53,648 nucleotides of DNA from Clostridia bacterium (GCA_017501205.1 JAFVXM010000001.1:1-53648); one strand, 5' to 3'. Positions 1 through 8,540 are shown, counted from the first letter of the stretch. Made by a program: numbers and translations. Notes: generated from the letters alone by a model not told the origin.

Positions 1-1
1 A

Positions 2-1269
2 CAGATTTCCGAGATGGAAGCAAACGTTGAGGATATTGACTTTGCTGTTGCCGAGGAGAGGGAGCGAGTTGTCCGTCATGACGTTATGAGCCACGTTTAC
101 GCCTACGGTAAGGCATGTCCGAAGGCAGAGCCCATAATCCATCTTGGCGCAACCTCCTGCTACGTTGGAGATAATACGGACGTTATAATTCTCCGCGAGG
201 CATCGAAAATAATTTTAAACAAATGCGCGCAGGTGCTTAAAAATCTAAAGGGATTTGCCCTTGAGTATAAGGATATGCCCTGTCTTGCATATACGCATCT
301 TCAGCCGGCACAGCTCACCACTGTTGGCAAAAGAGCAACGCTTTGGGCGTACGAGCTTTTGCAGGACGTTGAGGAGCTTGAGTTCCGTCTTTCCAAGCTC
401 AAAATGCTTGGGCAGAAGGGCACTACGGGCACGCAGGCAAGCTTTATGGAGCTTTTCGGCGGTGACGAGGAGAAGTGCAGAAGGGTTGAAAAGCTTATTG
501 CGGAGCAGATGGGATTTGAGGACGTAGTCCCCGTTTCCGGTCAGACGTATTCGAGAAAGGTCGATGCGTATTTTCTATCCGCGCTGTCCGGCATAGCTCA
601 AAGCGCATATAAGTTTTCAAACGATATGAGAATATTGCAGTCGTTTGAGGAGATGGAGGAGCCGTTTGAGAAGAATCAGATAGGCTCGTCGGCAATGCCG
701 TATAAGCGCAATCCCATGAGGAGCGAGAGAATATCCGCGCTTGCAAGGTACGTTATTGTGGATTCGCTCAACCCTGCAATAACTGCAGGTACGCAATGGT
801 TTGAAAGAACGCTTGATGACAGTGCCAATAAGCGCATTTCCGTTGCAGAGGCTTTTCTTGCGACCGACGCGATACTCAATATTTACATCAACGTTACCGC
901 AAACCTTGTGGTTTATCCCAAGGTTGTGGAGCGCAGGGTGATGTAAAGCTTCCGTTTATGGCAACCGAAAATATAATGATGGATGCCGTAAAAGCGGGCG
1001 GAAACAGGCAGGAGCTTCACGAAAAGCTTCGCGTGCACTCACACGCGGCGGCGCGCGCTGTAAAGCTTGAGGGTAAGGCGAACGATCTTATCGACCGCAT
1101 TGCGGAAGATCCTGCGTTTGGCACCACGAAGGAAAAGATACTGTCCTCACTCGATCCGTCGCTGTATATAGGCAGGAGCGTTTCGCAGGTGGAGGAATTT
1201 GTTTCAAGCTCGCTCGATCCCGTTCTTGCAAGATACACCGAAAGTGTGGAAACTGAGCTTAAAGTATAA
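2..1269 (+). pseudogene. purB: Adenylosuccinate lyase (ADSL-like PurB class). The 5' end lies outside the window and the reading frame is broken once near 944-946.
   Basis: ORFs 14-946 and 958-1269 are collinear with ADSL-type lyases (GATSCYVGDNTD, HLQPAQLTTVGKR, GSSAMPYKRNPMRSE, then [11 protein letters not shown]...HEK(L)RV). The frame is open back to nt 2. The two halves are in different frames and join only if one base is restored in the codon at 944-945. Confidence 0.85.
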
Positions 1270-1336
1270 ATACCCCCTGAAAAAGGGCACTAAATTTAAA
1301 AAAACACTTGGCGGTAATCCGCCGTAAGGAGAAAAT

Positions 1337-2611
1337 ATGTTAACTTCAATCGTTGGTATTAACTGGGGCGACGAAGGCAAGGGCAGAATGGTTGACCTGC
1401 TTTCTGAAAATTACGACGTGGTTGTTCGCTATCAGGGCGGCAACAATGCAGGACACACCGTTATTAACGAAAAGGGTAAATTCGTTCTTAACCTTATGCC
1501 CAGCGGCATTTTGCGTGAAACGGTAGTAAACGTTATGGGTAACGGCATGGTTATCGATCTTAAGCACCTTTGCGGAGAGATCGAAAGGCTTGTTGCCGCA
1601 GGCATCAAGGTTGATGAAACCAACCTTAAAATTTCCGATAAAGCGGTTATTTGTATGCCCTATAACGTAATGCAGGATTGCCTTGAGGAAAACCGTCTTG
1701 CAGATAAGAAATTCGGCTCCACCCGTCGCGGTATCGGCCCTATTTACGGCGATAAATATTTGAAGAAGGCTCTCCGTATGGGCGAGCTTCTCAATATGGA
1801 TATTATGAAGGAGCGCCTTAAGGGTATAGTTGAGTGGAAGAACCTCACCATCGAAAAGGCGTACGGCGAGCAGCCCTTGTCTTACGACGAAATGCTCGCA
1901 TATCTCGAGGAGTTTGGAGGCAAGCTCAAAAAGCACGTTTGCGATACCGGCCTCTTCCTCGATAAGGCTGCAGGCGAGGGCAAGAAGATCATGTTCGAGG
2001 CTCAGCTCGGCGCTCTTCGCGATATAGATTTCGGTATCTATCCCTACACCTCGTCATCATCCACCATATCCGCTTATGCTCCCATCGGCGCAGGTATCCC
2101 TAACCGCAAGCTCGATGAGGCTATCGGTATTATGAAGGCTTATTCCACCTGCGTTGGCGAGGGCCCCTTTACCGCTGAATACTTTGGCGAAAAGGCAGAG
2201 GAGCTCCGCAAGGCAGGCGGCGAATACGGCGCGGCTACAGGCAGGCCCAGAAGAGTTGGTCCCTTTGACGTAGTTGCATCCCGCTACGGCTGCAGAATGC
2301 AGGCTGCTACCGAGATAGCCCTTACCAAAATGGACGTTCTCTCTTACCTTGATGAGATCGAGGTATGTGTTGGTTACGAGCTTAACGGAAAGAGGATTGA
2401 CGAGTTCCCGTTTACCGACGTGCTCGATCAGTGCAAGCCCATAATTGAAACGGTTCCCGGCTGGAAGTGCGATATCAGCGGATGCAGAAAGCCTGAGGAT
2501 CTCCCCAAGGCTGCATACGATTACGTTAAGTTTATAGAGAAGGCTGTTGGCTGCAAGATCACCTACGTTTCCGTTGGTGCAGCGAGAGAGCAGTATCTCG
2601 TAATGGATTAA
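1337..2611 (+). CDS. purA: adenylosuccinate synthetase
   Basis: 424 aa. N-terminal WGDEGKGRMVD P-loop, GGNNAGHT and STRRGIGP motifs. AAGGAG RBS at 1326-1331. Confidence 0.97.
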   Translation: MLTSIVGINWGDEGKGRMVDLLSENYDVVVRYQGGNNAGHTVINEKGKFVLNLMPSGILRETVVNVMGNGMVIDLKHLCGEIERLVAAGIKVDETNLKISDKAVICMPYNVMQDCLEENRLADKKFGSTRRGIGPIYGDKYLKKALRMGELLNMDIMKERLKGIVEWKNLTIEKAYGEQPLSYDEMLAYLEEFGGKLKKHVCDTGLFLDKAAGEGKKIMFEAQLGALRDIDFGIYPYTSSSSTISAYAPIGAGIPNRKLDEAIGIMKAYSTCVGEGPFTAEYFGEKAEELRKAGGEYGAATGRPRRVGPFDVVASRYGCRMQAATEIALTKMDVLSYLDEIEVCVGYELNGKRIDEFPFTDVLDQCKPIIETVPGWKCDISGCRKPEDLPKAAYDYVKFIEKAVGCKITYVSVGAAREQYLVMD

Positions 2612-2630
2612 AAGTCCCGTAAAACGCGTA

Positions 2631-2664
2631 AAAACGGGGTTGTGATCGACCCCGTTTTAATTTT
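2631..2664 (+). terminator. intrinsic terminator after purA
   Basis: aaaacggggt / accccgtttt 10-bp stem with 8-nt loop, followed by a T-rich tail. Confidence 0.7.
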
Positions 2665-2752
2665 GCTTTGGTGTGTAACTGAAAAAACAAGGAGAACGAA
2701 AAATGAAAAACGATAGCAAAAACCCCCGAAATCGTGCGGGGGGGGGGTGCTA

Positions 2753-3286
2753 ATGGGGGCATTTCCTACAAGGGTTGATAAAAAAGCCGCTGAGGTTGAA
2801 GCTTTGCTTTTCAGGGCAAAAGAAGGCGTTTTCGGCCGTGCTGTGGCGGAGGCTGCGGGCTACTGGGCCGAGGGTGAGTTAGATAAATGCCTTGCCACTC
2901 TTCTAACTCAGTTTACAGTGAGAGAGCATCGCAGAGCGGAAGAGGAAAAGGCAGTTGAGATAATAATGGAGGATATTTTTGCTCATGCGGAAAAGGCTGC
3001 CGAGGGCTTTGCTCTTATTGCGAGGACGGAGCTTTCAATGTGGTGTGCGGAAAACGTAACGCTAAAGAGATTTTTGCCGCACGCTGCGCTAAAGGGAGAG
3101 AGCGGTGTAGCGCTGTTTTTTGAGAGAGAGGCAGTTGTTGTTAACGTATCAGGTAAGAGCTCGGCTTTGTACGATAAGGTTTCGTACGAAGAGGAGCGTG
3201 GAATAGTTTTGGTCGGAAAGCTTGAATTTCCTACGGACGGCGAGGATGAAATAATGCTCGGCAGACTTCTAAAGGTTATTAAATAA
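2753..3286 (+). CDS. Hypothetical protein; the start is ambiguous (ATG 2753, GTG 2747, or ATG 2703 if the G tract were 11 nt).
   Basis: Long ORF closed by a clean terminator, with no motif I recognise. A G10 run at 2738-2747 lies immediately upstream. Confidence 0.6.
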   Translation: MGAFPTRVDKKAAEVEALLFRAKEGVFGRAVAEAAGYWAEGELDKCLATLLTQFTVREHRRAEEEKAVEIIMEDIFAHAEKAAEGFALIARTELSMWCAENVTLKRFLPHAALKGESGVALFFEREAVVVNVSGKSSALYDKVSYEEERGIVLVGKLEFPTDGEDEIMLGRLLKVIK

Positions 3287-3308
3287 AAAGGGCAAAAGCC
3301 CTTTTTTT
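3287..3308 (+). terminator. intrinsic terminator
   Basis: aaaagggc-aaaa-gccctttt hairpin plus a T7 run. Confidence 0.75.
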
Positions 3309-3330
3309 GTGTGAAAAAGGGTGTTTTTTC

Positions 3331-3359
3331 TTGAAAATAGATTTGATATGTGGTATACT
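3331..3359 (+). promoter_or_regulatory. sigmaA-type promoter with extended -10
   Basis: TTGAAA (3331-3336), 17-nt spacer, TGgTATACT (-10 hexamer 3354-3359), about 20 nt upstream of ORF 3381. Confidence 0.55.
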
Positions 3360-3380
3360 GAACGGGATTGTTGAACGTGG

Positions 3381-4100
3381 ATGAATATGAACGGAAGAAA
3401 AATAGAAAAATTTAATGAGCTTGCTTGGGTTTTCGGAATGCTGCTGCTGTCGCTCGCCGTGTGCCTTATGACGAGGGCTAACTTTGGCGTATCGATGATC
3501 GTTTCACCTGCGTACGTTTTGCACCTTGCCCTCTCGGATAAGCTGCCGTGGTTTACGTTTGGAACTGCGGTGTATATGCTTCAGGGCGTGCTGCTTTTGA
3601 TAATGTGCGTTGCAGTAAGGCGTTTCAGGTGGCAGTATTTGTTATCCTTTGCGTGTGCTGTTCTTTACGGATTTATGCTGGACGGATGGCTGTATATATT
3701 CTCCGGGCTTAGCTTTGCTTCGATCGCTTGGCGAATAGCTGCGTTTGTGCTGGGGTTGGTGCTTACGGGTATATCCGTGGCGTTCTTTTTCAGAACGTAT
3801 CTGCCCGTTGAGGTGTACGACCTGTTCATAACCGAGATTTGTGCGCGATACGGCTTTAAGAGCGTGGTTGTAAAATGGATTTACGATTTTGGCATGCTCA
3901 CCCTTGCCGCGGTTTTGACACTCTGCTTTTTTGGCGATTTAACGGGGCTTGGCATAGGTACTCTCGTGTGCACGCTTGTCAACTCACCGCTCATCGCACT
4001 GTTTGGAAAAATTGAGGACAGGCTCTTTTCGTTTACTCCCATGTTTCCCGCGCTTGAGCGCGTTATAGGCAATTCTCCGCACGAAGGGAAGGGGGGATAA
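3381..4100 (+). CDS. polytopic membrane protein (YczE/DUF6198-like, tentative)
   Basis: 239 aa with about 6 hydrophobic helices. N-terminal pattern LLLSLAVCLMTRANFGVSMIVSP resembles YczE-type proteins. Family call is from memory only. Confidence 0.45.
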   Translation: MNMNGRKIEKFNELAWVFGMLLLSLAVCLMTRANFGVSMIVSPAYVLHLALSDKLPWFTFGTAVYMLQGVLLLIMCVAVRRFRWQYLLSFACAVLYGFMLDGWLYIFSGLSFASIAWRIAAFVLGLVLTGISVAFFFRTYLPVEVYDLFITEICARYGFKSVVVKWIYDFGMLTLAAVLTLCFFGDLTGLGIGTLVCTLVNSPLIALFGKIEDRLFSFTPMFPALERVIGNSPHEGKGG

Positions 4101-4103
4101 AAA

Positions 4104-5135
4104 ATGAGGATTTTAACTTTTGATATAGAGAGCTGTACGGGTAATCCTTTAGACGGTAGCCTTTGCAGCTTTGGATACGTGCTGTGTGAAAACGGCGTTG
4201 TGGCAGGCGGCGGCGATATTCTGTGCAATCCGCTTCCCGAGCGATTTTTGCTTGGCGGATTTGGTAAAAGCATAGGGCTGAAGCTTGCTTATCCCACCTC
4301 ACATTTCAGACGGCAACCGAGGTTTGATAGGCGATATTGTGAGATAAAGGCGCTTTTTGATAGTGTGGACCTCGTTTTAGGGTTTGCGGTTCAGAACGAT
4401 TTAAGGTATTTAAACAACGCGTGTGACAGCTTTTCGCTCCCCAGAATTCCGTTTAAGTTTTTAGACGTGCAGCTGCTTGGTGGCCTTGTGCTGCCCGAGC
4501 ATCGCAACCACGGGCTAAAGGCGTTTGCGGAGCAGTTTAATATTGAGTTTATAGAGCATCGCTCGGATGAGGACGCAAGGGTTACCTACGAGATATTCGC
4601 AAGGCTTGTTGAGCTTTCGGGCAAAACGCTAACAGAGCTTGTTGAGAGATACGGCATCACCTACGGCGTGAACGGCGCAGAGGGGCATAGGTGCTGTTAT
4701 TCTGAGGATATAATAACAGAGAGGCTTGCTACGTGCAGCAGGTCTACGAGAAAGCTTTTGGTAAATCACTATGCGAGTATCGCTGAGGGCGCAGTTTCTA
4801 AAAGAGGCAGCGCGCTTGAGGGCTTTTCCGTTGCGATAGCGGAGAGCGTTTATGCAAAGGATCTTGAGCTTGCGAGGCATATCGTTGCAACCGTTGCGGC
4901 GGAGGGCGGCACGTTTGATTCGTCGATCCTATCCTGCGGCATGTTTGTGATGGCGGAGGGCGATAAGCTTGGCGGCAGAGAAAAGCATCTTAACCGTGGC
5001 TGCCGAGTGGTTACAGTTGAGGAGTTTAAGTCCCTTTGCGGAGAGCTTGAAAGCTATCCGTTTGACGATAGGCAAATTATGAGAGAGCATTATTTTGCCC
5101 TCTGCAGCGATAGGGAAGAAAAAACTGAAAAGTAA
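4104..5135 (+). CDS. DEDDh (DnaQ-like) 3'-5' exonuclease with a C-terminal BRCT-like domain
   Basis: Exo I FDIES, Exo II GFAVQNDLRYL, Exo III HRSDEDARVTYEIF. The C-terminal ~90 aa (GFSVAIAESV...VVTVEEFKSL) has a BRCT-like pattern. Confidence 0.75.
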   Translation: MRILTFDIESCTGNPLDGSLCSFGYVLCENGVVAGGGDILCNPLPERFLLGGFGKSIGLKLAYPTSHFRRQPRFDRRYCEIKALFDSVDLVLGFAVQNDLRYLNNACDSFSLPRIPFKFLDVQLLGGLVLPEHRNHGLKAFAEQFNIEFIEHRSDEDARVTYEIFARLVELSGKTLTELVERYGITYGVNGAEGHRCCYSEDIITERLATCSRSTRKLLVNHYASIAEGAVSKRGSALEGFSVAIAESVYAKDLELARHIVATVAAEGGTFDSSILSCGMFVMAEGDKLGGREKHLNRGCRVVTVEEFKSLCGELESYPFDDRQIMREHYFALCSDREEKTEK

Positions 5136-5141
5136 TTTTTG

Positions 5142-5175
5142 AGGTCTGCTTTGACAAGCGGACCTTTATTTTTTG
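5142..5175 (+). terminator. intrinsic terminator
   Basis: aggtctgc / gcggacct stem (one G-U pair) followed by ttattttttg. Confidence 0.6.
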
Positions 5176-5236
5176 TGAAGGTATAAACGGGTGGGTAGCT
5201 GTCAACAAATAAAGGGAGAAGATGCGGAGGATCGAT

Positions 5237-5773
5237 ATGAAAAATTTTTGCATAAGTTTGATTTGTTTAAGCATAATAGTTTTGACGATCGTTTTGGGTG
5301 CAGAGGCGCCCAAAGCAAAGGAAGAGTATCTGAGGATTCACGTCAGAGCCAACTCCAACGACGAGCGCGATCAATCGGTGAAGTACGCCGTGCGCGACGG
5401 AATAACCGAATATCTCACCCCGATCGTGGCAGAGTGTAAAAGTAAAGAAGCCCTGCAAAACGCACTTAATCAGCACATTTGCGGCATTGAAGCAGTCGCT
5501 GAAGAGGTGCTTTTTGAAAGGGGCTTTGATTACGGCTGCAGCGCGAGGGTTACGGTTGAGCAGTTTCCGACACGCGTCTACGGCGATCTTACGCTTGAGG
5601 CCGGCTATTACGATGCGCTGATAATTGAGCTTGGAGAAGGCGAAGGCAATAACTGGTGGTGCGTTGTGTATCCGCCGCTGTGCTTTGTTGGAAACGGCAC
5701 GGGGGAGAGCTTCAGGTATAAATCCGTTATAGCGGAGATGATATCCGTCTGGCGGGAAAAGCACGGAAAATAA
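5237..5773 (+). CDS. spoIIR: stage II sporulation protein R
   Basis: LRIHVRANSNDERDQSVKYAVRD and NWWCVVYPPLCF hallmarks. GGAGG at 5226-5230 is 6 nt before ATG 5237, preferred over ATG 5222. Confidence 0.9.
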   Translation: MKNFCISLICLSIIVLTIVLGAEAPKAKEEYLRIHVRANSNDERDQSVKYAVRDGITEYLTPIVAECKSKEALQNALNQHICGIEAVAEEVLFERGFDYGCSARVTVEQFPTRVYGDLTLEAGYYDALIIELGEGEGNNWWCVVYPPLCFVGNGTGESFRYKSVIAEMISVWREKHGK

Positions 5774-5827
5774 GTTTTTCCCCCTTCGGCTATCCGCAAA
5801 AAGGTGCTATGGCACGAAGGAGGAAAT

Positions 5828-6523
5828 ATGTTTAAAAGAAAATTGATCGTTGTAATTGCCGTGCTTGCCCTATGCATAATCAGCGTTGGTGCGGTAACAG
5901 CCACGGCAGTCAGCAGTGCTGATGCTGTGCCCGTGGTTTTAAGACAGGGTAGTAGCGGACAGGAAGTAAGAACAATGCAGCAAAAGCTTAAAAACTGGGG
6001 ATATTACACGGGCGCGGTTGACGGAATATTTGGCAGCCAAACACGAAAGGCCGTGATATATTTTCAAAGAAAGAACGGCCTGACGCCTGATGGCATCGTA
6101 GGCAAAAAAACACTCGCCGCGCTTGGCATGAGTGGGGGTGGAGGCACAACGTCGGGAACGGGCGGATATTCTAACTCCGACGTATATCTTCTTGCCCGAC
6201 TGATACACTCCGAGGCGAGAGGCGAAACCTACACGGGGCAGGTTGCCGTAGGTGCGGTTGTTTTAAACAGGGTTAAAAGCTCGTCCTTCCCAAACACAAT
6301 TTCGGGTGTTGTTTATCAGAGAAACGCCTTTACTGCCGTTGCGGACGGGCAGATCAATCTTGAGCCAAACGCAACTGCCGTAAGGGCGGCGAAGGATGCG
6401 ATGAACGGCTGGGATCCGTCTTACGGAAGCCTTTATTATTATAACCCGGCAATCGCCACGAGCAAGTGGATATTGACGAGAAAGGTTGTGGTTACGATAG
6501 GTAACCATGTGTTTGCGGTATAG
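5828..6523 (+). CDS. sleB: spore cortex-lytic enzyme SleB (PG-binding domain plus Hydrolase_2 domain)
   Basis: Signal/TM segment, PG_binding_1-like GQEVRTMQQKLKNWGYYTGAVDGIFGSQT, Gly-rich linker, then LLARLIHSEARGE...GAVVLNRV...VYQRNAFTAV. AAGGAGG RBS before ATG 5828. Confidence 0.9.
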   Translation: MFKRKLIVVIAVLALCIISVGAVTATAVSSADAVPVVLRQGSSGQEVRTMQQKLKNWGYYTGAVDGIFGSQTRKAVIYFQRKNGLTPDGIVGKKTLAALGMSGGGGTTSGTGGYSNSDVYLLARLIHSEARGETYTGQVAVGAVVLNRVKSSSFPNTISGVVYQRNAFTAVADGQINLEPNATAVRAAKDAMNGWDPSYGSLYYYNPAIATSKWILTRKVVVTIGNHVFAV

Positions 6524-6531
6524 GAGGGAAT

Positions 6532-8367
6532 ATGGAAAAAAAGCAAAACAGTGCAGTAGATAAGGTTGAAGATATTTCCGCACTCGGCATGGACGCACAG
6601 CCCACGCCGATTGAGGATAGCGAGGGCGAAGTGCCTTCAAAAGCTAAAACCCCCGTAAATCGCGCAAAAACAGCGCAAAAAAAGACGAGAGTTGAGAGGA
6701 TTAGCGATGCAAAGCGCGAGCAAATGCGCGTGGAAAAGCAAAAGCAGAGAGAATATAAAAGGATAGAGGCGAAGAGAGAAAAAGAGGAGAGAGCGGAGAG
6801 CATTGCCGCAAAAAGGCTTCGCGAGAGGGAAGCGAGAAAGGCCCGCAGGGATTATTTAAAGAGTGAGAGCGCGGAAGCGAGGAGAGATAGAATCGCTGCA
6901 GAGAGAAGAGAGGCAATGCGCCTTAAAAAGGAGAAGGCCGTGCTTCGCGCCCGCATGATATCCGAGGAGCGCGAGAGAAGGGCCGTTGAAAGAGAGAGGA
7001 GAAGGGCCGTGCGCGTGCAGGAAAAAAGAGAGAAGAGGACGCGCGGTGTGGGCGGCTGGATTGCCGCCGTGGTATCACTCGGCTGTGCGGTGCTTATTTT
7101 GGGCACTCTGCTCACGTTTAATTTGATGTATATGTCCGATAGCAAGCAGCTTCTCGGCAGTAGCTACGAGAGGGCGTATTACGATCTTGCAGGATGCATT
7201 GACAATATAGACGTAAACCTCTCCAAGCTTGAGGTGACGTCGTCGCCCGCTCTTCAGCAGAGATTGCTCACCGATATAATCGTTCAGAGTGAGCTTGCGG
7301 AAAGTGAGCTTCAAGCCCTTCCTCTTGAGGATGAGAGCAAGTACGCCACGGGAAAGTATATAAATCAGCTTGGCGATTATTCAAAAATGCTTTCGTATAA
7401 GATAGCGAGTGGCGGAGAGATTACCGATGATGATATGGAGATGCTTTACGAGTTTCACAGAAGGAACGGCAATCTTCAAAGCACGCTTTCCAAAATTTCA
7501 AAGGAGAAGGGCAAGAGCTTTAACTTTACCTCTCTTTTAAAGCCCGAGAAGGATAACGCCGTGATATCTAATTTTGGCGAGCTTGAAAACAACTCCGTTG
7601 AGTATCCCAAGATGATTTACGACGGCCCCTTTTCAGATGGGCTTGAGGTGAAGCAGGCTCGAGGCCTTAAAGAAAGCGAGATTACGAGGGCGCAGGCAGC
7701 AGAGAGGTTTAACGCGCTGTTTGCCGATTACCGCCCAAAGGATACGGAGGTGGTGAACGAGGGAGAGGGCAGCCTTGCCACATATAACGTTGAGGCCACC
7801 ACGGAAAGCGGTTATTATATTTACGCACAGATGGCAAAAAGGGGCGGAAGACTGGTGCTGTTTAATTGCTATGAGCCGTGCGAGGAAGAGAAGTTTACGC
7901 TGGATGAGTGCCGTGAAATAGCCGAAGTTTTTGTGAAAAAGGCGGGATTTGAGGATATGGCGCCCGTTTGGGAAAGCTCGTCTCGTGCCGTTGCACAGTT
8001 TAATTTTGCCCACGTTAAGGATGGCGTTGTGGTTTATCCCGATCTCGTTAAGGTGAACGTTTGCATGGAGAGAGGGCTTGTTTCCGCGATAGAGGCAGCC
8101 TCTTACTACTACAATCACACGGATAGAGAAATACCCGAGGCGAATATAAGCAGGGCGCAAGCGGAAGCTGCGGTTTCGCCCTCTCTAAACGTGACGAAGG
8201 TAAGAAAGGCGGTTATACCCGTAGGCGACGGAAAGGAAACCCTCGCTTACGAGGTGGTTGGCGAAAGCGGCGGCAGGCAGTTTTTTGTTTACGTCGATGC
8301 CGTTAGCGGTGTGGAAAGAGAAATTTTTGAGGTTGTTGAAACAGAAGAGGGCCGAGTTATAATTTAA
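6532..8367 (+). CDS. ypeB: germination protein YpeB-like (TM plus PepSY-type domains) with a long charged N-terminal extension
   Basis: Immediately follows sleB, the classic sleB-ypeB pair. Single TM at aa 174-196, then a ~410-aa extracytoplasmic part with PepSY-like C-terminal repeats. AGGAGGG RBS. Confidence 0.75.
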   Translation: MEKKQNSAVDKVEDISALGMDAQPTPIEDSEGEVPSKAKTPVNRAKTAQKKTRVERISDAKREQMRVEKQKQREYKRIEAKREKEERAESIAAKRLREREARKARRDYLKSESAEARRDRIAAERREAMRLKKEKAVLRARMISEERERRAVERERRRAVRVQEKREKRTRGVGGWIAAVVSLGCAVLILGTLLTFNLMYMSDSKQLLGSSYERAYYDLAGCIDNIDVNLSKLEVTSSPALQQRLLTDIIVQSELAESELQALPLEDESKYATGKYINQLGDYSKMLSYKIASGGEITDDDMEMLYEFHRRNGNLQSTLSKISKEKGKSFNFTSLLKPEKDNAVISNFGELENNSVEYPKMIYDGPFSDGLEVKQARGLKESEITRAQAAERFNALFADYRPKDTEVVNEGEGSLATYNVEATTESGYYIYAQMAKRGGRLVLFNCYEPCEEEKFTLDECREIAEVFVKKAGFEDMAPVWESSSRAVAQFNFAHVKDGVVVYPDLVKVNVCMERGLVSAIEAASYYYNHTDREIPEANISRAQAEAAVSPSLNVTKVRKAVIPVGDGKETLAYEVVGESGGRQFFVYVDAVSGVEREIFEVVETEEGRVII

Positions 8368-8378
8368 AAGACAAATAA

Positions 8379-8420
8379 AAGTGTCCTGACGCACGGATAG
8401 AGCGATCGGGCACTTTTTTA
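8379..8420 (+). terminator. probable intrinsic terminator
   Basis: agtgtcc...gggcact stem (one G-U pair, large loop) followed by T6. Confidence 0.5.
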
Positions 8421-8447
8421 ATTTAAAAAAAGCAGGTAAAAAAAGTA

Positions 8448-8476
8448 TTGCAAAAAGAGGCAAAAGGTGATACAAT
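8448..8476 (+). promoter_or_regulatory. sigmaA-type promoter with extended -10
   Basis: TTGCAA (8448-8453), 17-nt spacer, TGaTACAAT (-10 hexamer 8471-8476). Confidence 0.55.
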
Positions 8477-8540
8477 ATTACTGTAAGAAAAAATTTGCGC
8501 TATAAAGGCGACTGATAAAAACTGCAAAAGGAGGACGAAA

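Noticed and set aside
2612-2664. Possible terminator/antiterminator alternative pairing after purA (CCCGT can pair with the left arm ACGGG of the terminator).
   Set aside because: The competing helix is only 5 bp and there is no upstream sensor-like structure. A riboswitch or attenuator reading is not supported.
5176-5236. Possible sigmaF-type forespore promoter (GTATA…N15…) upstream of spoIIR.
   Set aside because: Only a partial match is present: the GTATA -35-like element, but a poor -10 relative to GGnnAnAnT. The spacer between the upstream terminator and the start codon is very short. The evidence is not strong enough to call.
6492-7145. Cluster of minus-strand ORFs (6492-6803, 6701-6916, 6852-7145) rich in S/L/F/P.
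   Set aside because: They are the complement of the purine-rich K/R/E-coding low-complexity region of ypeB, so they are compositional artefacts.
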